DNA of 64,000 bases from Macrostomum lignano. Taxonomy: Eukaryota. The notes beneath the pieces were generated by a model. That model worked only from the letters and a program-made list of their open reading frames with translations, did no database searches and was not told where the DNA came from. This document shows, piece by piece, positions 46,801-55,291 of the stretch. The position numbers and the translations under genes were made by a program. Each line of letters opens with the position of its first letter. The stretch's first letter is position 1. The stretch spans positions 6,187 through 70,186 of the forward strand of contig NIVC01003908.1 in the NCBI GenBank assembly GCA_002269645.1, read 5' to 3'.

Positions 46801-47424
46801 TCAAAACAACAAGCCTTCGTCCACTTCCTGTTGCAGCATCGCAAGGGCCTCTGGCAAGTATGCAATCATCGACTTCAGCTTGTGCAGGGACATTGCAGAT
46901 CTTTGTAGCACCGGATATTTCTCAGCTTGGTCAGCCAATTTCATCAGGAAGTTGGTCCACTGGCTGGTGAACGGTGCACGTCTTTTCAGCTCGTTGAACT
47001 GTTCCTTACTGAGAACCCGCTCCATTCTCAGAAAGATCCTGCCGAGCTGTAGGCCGTTTGCAAAGCCATGCTTACCATGCCGTTCAACTAGCTTATGAAG
47101 GTTGGCAATCTGTACAAGCACTGCGTCGGTCGTAAATGTTCCCTGCATAAATTCTTCTAGAGAATGCACTGGCACAGGCTCACTGTTGGTTTTGTAGGCC
47201 GTGCGCAACTCGTCCAGAGCCTTGCCGATTTGTAATTGCTTGTCGGTAGTTTTCGCTAGCCGTCCATTGATAGTTGGCTTCACGATTGGTGACCGAGCAA
47301 TTGCATTGTATTTATCGGCCCAAACATTCCAGTTGTCGAGATCTTTACTAGAAAATACAGCCTTTATGAAGTTCTCCAGATTTTGGATGTAAACGTCGTT
47401 GCCTGCTTGCATTTCTTCATCCAT
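46801..47424 (-). CDS. 207-aa helical protein (DUF3102/HTH-like), intact
   Basis: Clear homologue of 54097-54708. Segment G.QLGRIF.....LS...F......FT..W..FLMKLA. Confidence 0.7.
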   Translation of the reverse strand: MDEEMQAGNDVYIQNLENFIKAVFSSKDLDNWNVWADKYNAIARSPIVKPTINGRLAKTTDKQLQIGKALDELRTAYKTNSEPVPVHSLEEFMQGTFTTDAVLVQIANLHKLVERHGKHGFANGLQLGRIFLRMERVLSKEQFNELKRRAPFTSQWTNFLMKLADQAEKYPVLQRSAMSLHKLKSMIAYLPEALAMLQQEVDEGLLF

Positions 47425-47541
47425 GGCAAGATCCAGAGATTAAGCTAGTCAAAAATAAGAAGTTGCTGGCTCAGCGAGTTGAGGCGGGGCGAGGCGAGGC
47501 GGAGCAGGCAGGGTGAAGCGAGGGGCGGTGTGAATCGGCTG

Positions 47542-47621
47542 TATATATACCATTGGTGTGGGCTCGGGAATCCACGGATTCTCTTTTTGTTCTAGAATTT
47601 TCTAGAATTCGAATTCTAGAA
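47542..47621 (-). promoter_or_regulatory. TATA + CCAAT + 4-unit heat-shock element promoter
   Basis: TATATATA 47542-49, CCAAT (-) 47552-56, TTCtaGAAttTTCtaGAA 47590-47607, plus TTCtaGAA 47614-21. Confidence 0.7.
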
Positions 47622-47973
47622 GGGAAACCCGCAGATTTTCTACTTATAGCCAGTATTTTCTATTAATGGTTGATTGGGGTTGCCTGGGAAAGATCTAGGA
47701 AGACTGCTGAAAGAGCTGGGGGTTGAAAAGGCTGGGGTTTAAACAAGGAACTAAATGGGCGTTTCTGAAGCTAGGCAAGGGATCTTCTGAGCTAGTTAAG
47801 GCTTGAGCTGGGCAAAAGCTTTTTTCTCTATGCTGCACACGCCGCTCGCGCTATGACAAGAAACAGCTGCCATACCCATTCCGCTATCACCCACCCGCCA
47901 CACAGCAAAATACCATGCGTAAAAATATCTATTAATGCAGTCTTAAAGTCTTAAAGCGTATCGTAACGACATT

Positions 47974-48213
47974 CTACAATTGCTTAATGATTTCTGCAAA
48001 GTTATAGTAGCTGTCATAATCTTTCACATAGGTTACTCCATACTTATGAAACCAATGTCTTTGGAGAGCTAGATTAATATTAGGGACATTGATATCAACG
48101 TTGGGCCAATATTTTCTCATGTATTCGCTGCATTCAAGTTTGTATCGGTACTTACTCTTGTAATTAGGCTCGTGCGTTTTGTAATAAGAACCTGGAGAGA
48201 CAACTGGAAACAT
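47974..48213 (-). CDS. 79-aa TIR-encoded protein (right TIR copy)
   Basis: One substitution relative to 9023-9262. Confidence 0.6.
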   Translation of the reverse strand: MFPVVSPGSYYKTHEPNYKSKYRYKLECSEYMRKYWPNVDINVPNINLALQRHWFHKYGVTYVKDYDSYYNFAEIIKQL

Positions 48214-48969
48214 TTTTATTGAGAATTTAATTTTTTTAAAGGGTGAGGACCCTGGGTTAGGGGATTTAAAGTTTTAGGGATCTGGTCGCACGTTGCGAAT
48301 CAAATGTGGGGAGAAGAATGCAGATTATTTTCTGATTGTTTTAGAAATGTTATGGGTGGATGTCGGTGGATGATGTCAGTGTCAGTGAGCATAACAGGTG
48401 TCCACAGTGAGCATAACAGGTATCAGTTGACACCTGCTCTGATTCTGTCAGGGATAATATGGATGGATTTAATGGGATTATGTTCGAAGTTTTCGGAGCA
48501 AGTGCGGCCCCTCCCCTTTTTCATGATTCTGTCGGGGATAATATGGATGGATTTAATGGGATTATGGAGGATGTGAAAAATTTTGTCCCAAAAGCCCCCT
48601 CATGCCTCATGCCTGCCCTCATGCCCTCATGCCTGAATAAATATGAACTTTTCCGCCACATGCCTCTTCCTGCTAATAAATATTTAACTCAAAGCTCAAT
48701 TTCCCCGCTACCGCGCCATTTACTTCCCCCAGTACATGTAGAATAATTGAGGCATAACTCCACACATTTTAATAAAGAATACGGCTAAGCCAATGTACTG
48801 TATTTTATTACGTAGAGATAGCAACAATAATAGCGCGGAAGCAAGTTTACAGTGGATGGTAACATGCAAAAGTAGACGGCATAAGAAGGCAAAACAACAA
48901 GTAACCTAGTCAATGTAGTCAACAAGTACTCGTAACTCACGATGCGAATAGTGAATAAAATTTACCGTA

Positions 48970-49002
48970 AGTAGAATGCATGAGGGGGCTTCTGGGACAA
49001 AA
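48970..49002 (+). repeat. 33-bp family A terminus stub
   Basis: AGTAGAATGCATGAGGGGGCTTCTGGGACAAAA. Confidence 0.9.
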
Positions 49003-49188
49003 GTTGCCTCGAGTTGCCTCGCGGGGGGCGGTCGGGGGTGTTTCTAGTGACTTTATTACGTGTTTGATTTCTATTTGTGCTTATTCGTTATGATGCATTT
49101 TATTATAGTATGAATGCTATTTGCGTTTGCTTACTCGTTGTTTTGCCATCTTTTCATTCACCCTCTACATGTTAACACATACTACGGT

Positions 49189-49821
49189 AGTAGAATGCAT
49201 GAGGGGGCTTCTGGGACAAAATTTTTCACGTCCTCCATAATCCCATTAAATCCATCCATAACAAACCGCTTATACTTTCCCGGGCCATTCTAACGGCCCC
49301 TGACGCTTGTGTAGCGGCCCGCGCCGCGGATTCTGCCTTATAAACTTTCTTCTCGAATCCCAATTCCCTATACCAAGTGTCATCTTTAAACTCAACCTCC
49401 GCATCTTTGTGAACTTGCATGACCACTCTCATTACAGTGAGATCATAGGCTAGTTTGACAGAGAACATTTTTTATCTGGCTTACTCGCATCAGGTGTCTC
49501 AGAATGGCCTCTTTTAGTAAAGACGTTTTCTAGAAAGTAATTGTAGGTATCCACACTTTGCGTGCTCACAGGGAATACCACAGGTTCTGCTGCTGCACCT
49601 TTCCATTTGTAATAAAACTTATTATTTGCTGCCGTCACATTGGGAACGTTTGACCAACCAGTGAAGTCGTTAAGATAGACATGGTAATTAGCACCTGGAT
49701 CCAGGCTAATCGCCTGCTCTAATTTTTGAATAAATATTCCGTTTGAGTCATTAATTCGCCCAGTTATTGTAATAGGAATGCTCTCCTTGGAGTGAGAAAC
49801 AATATTGTTTAGTCTTTTGGA
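49189..49821 (-). pseudogene. Family A terminus (~72 bp) fused to the N-terminal two thirds of the penton gene
   Basis: AGTAG start at 49189; ORFs 49226-49468 and 49450-49824 match 8155-9018. Confidence 0.9.
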
Positions 49822-50272
49822 CACGCGTGGTACCTCGCGGTTAGGGCTACTGGTTTTCTATTGCTAAGGATTTTACTAGTGGATTTACTGGTTTTAGATT
49901 TTGGTAGATTTGCTGCCACCAGGCTTCCTGCTTCCCTATTTCTATTAATTTAGTGATAAGGAGTGACACAGGAAAACCGAAATATTTAACAAAACTTTAT
50001 TACTTCAAAAAAAGAAAAGGAAATCAGCATGCAATGGTTATTGTTACTTTACTTGTGCGAAAAATAGGCATTGACTACCTTGTAGTGCACTGTTGTTGGC
50101 ATCGACTACCTCCAACAGTTTTACGTATTTCCCAATATTTTCCCTGCCTCTTACCTTTCCTAATTTGAGACTTCGTAAGTCCGCGAACGATCGAACGAAT
50201 TGCTTTCCCAAGCCCCAAACTGCTCTATACTTCTAGAGAATCCCGAAAACTGGCGATTTTCCCCCGCTCTAA

Positions 50273-51110
50273 TTACTTTCCCAAACCTAAACTACTGACA
50301 GTAGGCAAAAGCATATCTGCTTCGCTACTAATTCCCATTCTTTCCAGCTTGCTGATTGATCCTGGAGGTCGGAGGGGACCGAATGGGTTCGGCAGCAACT
50401 GTAGCTGGGGCAGTGGTGGTTCCTCAACGGTGGCCGCCGGCGCGTCTGAGCCAACCGGCTCTTCTTTGCTCTCCTCCTGCGGCTCCGTCTCCTCATCTAC
50501 CTCTTCATCTACTTCGCACTCCACATGTTGGATCAGGTCCTGCATGAACCGTTCAAGTTCCCCCTTTAGGTTTTCCTCCCGAGTGGCCTCTTCTAGAGCG
50601 GCGAGATCTAGATCAATCACTAGTTCTCGATGCAGTTCCCTTTCGCCCGGGTATTCATGTAGCTTATTTGGAGGAGTTATTGGCTCTTTAATTTTTGCCA
50701 CTTTTGGCTGCGGTAGCTGGTTTTCGGTGTCCGTCTCGCGCGACAGCTTGGCTCCGTATACCCTTTTAACGGGGTACGTGCGAAGAGGGGCGTCAGCCAT
50801 TTTAGTTAAATTTTGGCTGCAGGAGGTTAAATGGGTTTAACAACTCCGTTATCCTCTGCACATAAATTTTCTGATTTAGCCTGACTGTTAATCTATCTGA
50901 AGCATGACGCTCTCTTGCTGGCCTAGTTTCTAAATTATTGTTATTTAATTGTACCGGCATAACTCCTTGTGCACCAGGTAAATTATTTTTATTATTATTT
51001 TGATTTCGCACGTTAATTTGATTTTGCACTGGCATAAACTGCTCATGATTTTGATGTTGCACTAACATTAACTGCTCATTATTTTGATGTCGTACTGGCA
51101 TAAATTGCAC
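50273..51110 (-). CDS. Two low-complexity ORFs (Asn/Gln-rich and Glu-rich), origin unknown
   Basis: 102-aa and 175-aa ORFs. RPARERHASDRL resembles retroelement pol tails; no catalytic motif. Confidence 0.3.
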
Positions 51111-51149
51111 TGCATCCTCGTACTCGTCTTCACTTTCTGAGTCATTGTA

Positions 51150-51249
51150 AGTAGTAGTATGCTATAAGGGGCTGCGCCACACTTGATTGCTCGGGCGCAT
51201 TGCGCGCCAGCTCGCTGGATGACTCAGCCCCTTATAACATACTACTACT
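51150..51249. mobile_element. 100-bp mini-element with 25-bp AGTAGTAGT inverted repeats
   Basis: AGTAGTAGTATGCTATAAGGGGCTG and CAGCCCCTTATAACATACTACTACT (1 mismatch); no TSD seen. Confidence 0.55.
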
Positions 51250-51443
51250 ACCAGGAGGTCAGGGTTACAAGTGGTGTGTGATAAATATAAAAATATATAA
51301 ATATACATATATCTGTGAGTGAGGGTGTTGAGGGTGAGGGCATGTGGGGGAATTGGCATGTGGAATATTTCACAGAACACAGATTTTCCGGAATTTTTAT
51401 ACTTTTTAAAAAGGGGGTGCCCTCGCCCTCATGCCTCACTCAT

Positions 51444-52490
51444 TTTGAAAATCACTAAAAACAAGTGAAAAATGACTAAAAACAGGTGAAAATGGTCTGA
51501 AAACAGCGATTTTTTGTGATTTTCAAAAATTTTGAAAAAGTGCAATTTTCACGATTCCAGCTCTAAAACCATGAGAAAAGTTGGATTCACGGGTCAATTT
51601 AATGCAATTTCAAGTATGTCATCCATGAAAGTGTCATCCAATTTAACAATAGTAAATTTTATATATATAAAATGGCCTTCAGTAAACCATTATTTCTAGG
51701 AAATGCTTTAGATATTCAGTCAGCTATAACAAAACTACCACCCATCTTTTCCACTGGAAAGTATCCTGGCGAATTTCATATACCAGGGTATTCTTTTGCA
51801 AGCCAACAGCTCTGACTCACAATGCTGATGATGTATCAGAACCCCCGTAACGTGGCACATTTTTGTCTATTTTTAGAACTAGAAAAAAATGAATGAAGCA
51901 AACACAAAAGACTCTCAGACACACAGTGGGTGGCTCCACTGGAGCACAAAGGCAGCCTTTATTTCAAAGAGTTGTTTTCAAGGTATATACTAAGGTAAGT
52001 AGCGCGGAGTGAACGTTTGAATGATTATTGTCACTTTAAGTAGTAGCATGTCAATTTTTCTGGACGTCCAGAAAAAATTCTGGATATTTGTCTGTCATGT
52101 GTTTATTAGTAGTATAGGAAAAGTAGGTTTAAGCGCAGAGCATACCATGAAATTCACTGAAAAATGACTAAAAACATGTGAAAATGGTCTTAAGACAGTG
52201 ATTTTAGTGATTTATTTTTTAATAATTTTGAAAAAGTGCCATTTACACAATTCTAGCACTAAAACCAAATAGTTATTTTGGAATCGTTGGTTCATCTCAA
52301 TGCCATTTCAGGTGTAAACAATTTGAAACTGTCATCAAATTTGATTTTGCTTACTTTTTTCGTCATAAAATGGCCTTCAATAAACCACTATTTCTAGGAA
52401 CTGCTTTAGACATTCAGTTAGCTATAAAAAACTGCCTTAGATTTTCTCCACTGGCAAATACCCAGGAGAACTTCATATAGCATCATACAA
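51444..52490. repeat. Two diverged ~340-bp direct repeats
   Basis: 51444-51790 versus ~52150-52490 share AAATGACTAAAAAC...AAATGGCCTTCA.TAAACCA.TATTTCTAGGAA. Confidence 0.75.
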
Positions 52491-52910
52491 TTTCGCAGGT
52501 CACCATGTGGCCTCAGTGAGGAAGTCAATGTCCTTGCTAGTCATCGGGCTTTAAGTCCGCGACCCTCAGTTGAATTTTACTTAACCAAAAATTTATTTAG
52601 TAATTATGATATGTTGAAGTAAAGATTAAAATCATAAAGTATTTAAACTAATTTTAAATTAGCACCTCCGCATGAATATAGCTGCAATTACTTCTAAATA
52701 AGTTATATAGCATTAAAGGTAGAAAACTGATGTAATGACATACTTAAATCCGGTAAGGGTTTAAGTAAGGGTTTTTGCGTCTTTTACGATTAATTAAAGA
52801 ATTTATGTTGATAAAGCATCAGCTCTATGGGTATAAGTGTACTCTCACTGATTTCTTAAAATTAATTGTACATATAATCGTACTACAGTCAATAGAGCAG
52901 TTCAAATTAG

Positions 52911-53345
52911 TCAGTCAGTGGTCTCAGCAGTTGTAGCAGGAGCTTGATAATCAGTTGTAGCACGAGCTTGATCATCAGTTGTACCACGAGCTTGATCAGC
53001 AGTTGCAGCACTGCCTTGATATGGTGGTGGTGGTGATGGTGGTGGCGATACTTCATTCTCCACAGCTGTCAAATCCCGCACATCAGCTTCCAAATTGCGA
53101 AACTGAATAGCATAGGTCTGCATACTTCTACGCTTGGACAGATTCTCCTTTAGCAGGTTTAGAAGAGCTGTTTCCTTCTTAAATGACCGATGGACATCAG
53201 CTCCTTTAAGTCGAGCAATTAATGTTTCGGGATCTAGGCCAGCAAATAAAGTTGAAGGTAGGAGTATTCGAATCTTCCGCTCAGTTTCCTCAAATGCTTT
53301 TTTATGTTCCTTGTATCGCTTTCGCAGTTCTATTTCTGATGGCAT
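52911..53345 (-). CDS. Coiled-coil protein with PPPY motif and ATTDDQAR repeats
   Basis: 144-aa ORF; homologue relic at 30974-31458. Confidence 0.6.
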   Translation of the reverse strand: MPSEIELRKRYKEHKKAFEETERKIRILLPSTLFAGLDPETLIARLKGADVHRSFKKETALLNLLKENLSKRRSMQTYAIQFRNLEADVRDLTAVENEVSPPPSPPPPYQGSAATADQARGTTDDQARATTDYQAPATTAETTD

Positions 53346-54096
53346 TTTTCAGCTTGATCACATAAAAACACAACTGAAGCTTGGGCAATATAAAATACAC
53401 TATTTACACTATGATGTATTATCATTGGTTGCCAAAACCAAAACTTTTTTGGCAGAAATTTTGGTCGCAAGATTTGGCAGAAATTTTGGCAGAAATTTTG
53501 GCAGCCAATGAGAAAGCGACAATGGGTGAAAAGAATGCAACTTGCAGGCTCATGCCAGATGCAGAAAAAAGTCTACCCACATGAGTCAGAATTGTAGTTA
53601 CTTGAGAAGCTCGGCATCGCACTGCACATGCACACTGAAAGAAACTATGTTCCTTTTTTCTTTAAAGCAGAATGACTCAACATTCTTTCTAGCTTTTCGC
53701 ATCAAGAATGAAGCAAAGCAACTAACCTAACCCTAACAGTTTAGCAGTTGAGTCAATAAGAATTTATTGTTCCTTTATCAATAGGTTTTGAATATCAGCA
53801 TGCTGCAGCAGGAATTGAGCACCTCTTAAACCCCAACTCTAAAGCACGGCCATGGCAGTTTTTTCTCTATTTTCATGACTCAGTGCGCATGTAAGAAGTC
53901 GCTTAGGTGGCTTGATAAAAACCCGCTTTAGTTTTGGAAGCAATACAACACACGTTTATCAGACAGACTAAAGCAAACAGAGCGAACATATAAATCACAC
54001 AACTCAGCAACAACGAAAAGGTAAGAAATAAGAGTTTTGTTCTTGTGTTGATTTTGATACTAAATAGTTATAATGCCCTACATTTTAGAATCCCGT

Positions 54097-54708
54097 ATGG
54101 AGGCAGCAATGGCATCATTCGAATCCGACCTCGATAGTCTTATCAAGAAGATTTTTTGTAGTGGGGATTTAAAGCATTGTAAGAAATGGATAGGAGAATA
54201 CAACAAGGTTGCTAGAAAATTTAATAGGAAGAAGTTTGCTATTCCAACTTTTCGAGGTAGATTGGAGAGAGTGGACAAGACAAAGGAACGAATAGCAGAA
54301 GCTGCTAAAATACTGCGGGATTCGATGGAGCATCAAGAGCCGGGAGAGATTAATGAATTTATGGACGGAGAGTATCAATTTCAGGATGCAATTACAGAAC
54401 TTAATTCCATTGATAAAATGATAAACGAGCTACAGTGCCGGGGCTTGCAGTATGGAATTAAGTCTGGTCAGATATTAATAAGAATGAAGCTTTCATTGAG
54501 TGACGAGGAGTATAAAGTATTTTTGTCTAGACTACGCTTTAAGTCGGCGTGGGGGAACTATTTAGTCCGAGTGGCTCGTCTAAGCACAGCACATCCAATT
54601 CTGTGGCGTTGTGGCATCTCACTGTTTCGCCTACGTTCTATAATCAAGTACGCTGAGAAAGCCCTGGAGATGCTGGAGGAAGAGGAGGAAGATGCACTTC
54701 TGATCTGA
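54097..54708 (+). CDS. ~203-aa helical protein (DUF3102/HTH-like), intact
   Basis: Homologous to 46801-47424. TATAAAT at 53989; likely start MEAAMA (54097). Confidence 0.7.
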   Translation: MEAAMASFESDLDSLIKKIFCSGDLKHCKKWIGEYNKVARKFNRKKFAIPTFRGRLERVDKTKERIAEAAKILRDSMEHQEPGEINEFMDGEYQFQDAITELNSIDKMINELQCRGLQYGIKSGQILIRMKLSLSDEEYKVFLSRLRFKSAWGNYLVRVARLSTAHPILWRCGISLFRLRSIIKYAEKALEMLEEEEEDALLI

Positions 54709-54767
54709 CGAAAATCTTATTGCGCGCGTTGTGAATCATAACATCTGACTCTCATTATGCTGACTAT

Positions 54768-55182
54768 TCTTTTTCACATCGAATACTGCAGTATCTGGAT
54801 CTTTTTTGCTCGTTGCTTTTTCACATCGAATACTGCAGTATCTGGTTCTTTTTTGCTCGTTGCTTTTTCACATCGAATACTGCAGTATCTGGTTCTTTTT
54901 TGCTCGTTGCTTTTTCACATCGAATACTGCAGTATCTGGTTCTTTTTTGCTCGTTGCTTTTTCACATCGAATACTGCAGTATCTGGTTCTTTTTTGCTCG
55001 TTGCTTTTTCACATCGAATACTGCAGTATCTGGATCTTTTTTGTTCGTTGCTTTTTCACATCGAATACTGCAGTATCTGGTTCTTTTTTGCTCGTTGCTT
55101 TTCACATCGAATACTGCAGTATCTGGTTCTTTTTTGCTCGCTGCTTTTTCACATCGAATACTGCAGTATCTGGTTCTTTTTC
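54768..55182. repeat. 9 x 47-bp tandem array with a 12-bp perfect palindrome ATACTGCAGTAT in each unit
   Basis: CACATCGAATACTGCAG at 54775, 54822, 54869, 54916, 54963, 55010, 55057, 55103 and 55150. Confidence 0.97.
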
Positions 55183-55291
55183 TGCCTATTGTAATATCGC
55201 TTATACATTTCTAATTGCTTAATCGTGTGGATGCCACAATAAATTTATAACGTCATTACATAATTTTCCTGCTAAATTTATTTTATAAAAA

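Larger units (their letters stand above)
42768..48634. mobile_element. Non-autonomous family A mini-Polinton (~5.9 kb)
   Basis: AGTAG left terminus and ~0.6-0.7-kb TIRs at both ends. Inserted at a site that is empty in the paralogous LTR (37224-37230). Confidence 0.9.
36999..48660 (-). mobile_element. Bel/Pao LTR retrotransposon whose 5' LTR is interrupted by a mini-Polinton
   Basis: TG...CA LTRs, PBS, PPT and gag-pol. TSD TGCCG (36994-98) / TGCCT (48661-65). Confidence 0.9.

Noticed and set aside
54757-55222. CRISPR array or protein-coding ORFs
   Set aside because: These are head-to-tail units with no unique spacers. The ORFs in three frames are a by-product of a stop-free repeat.
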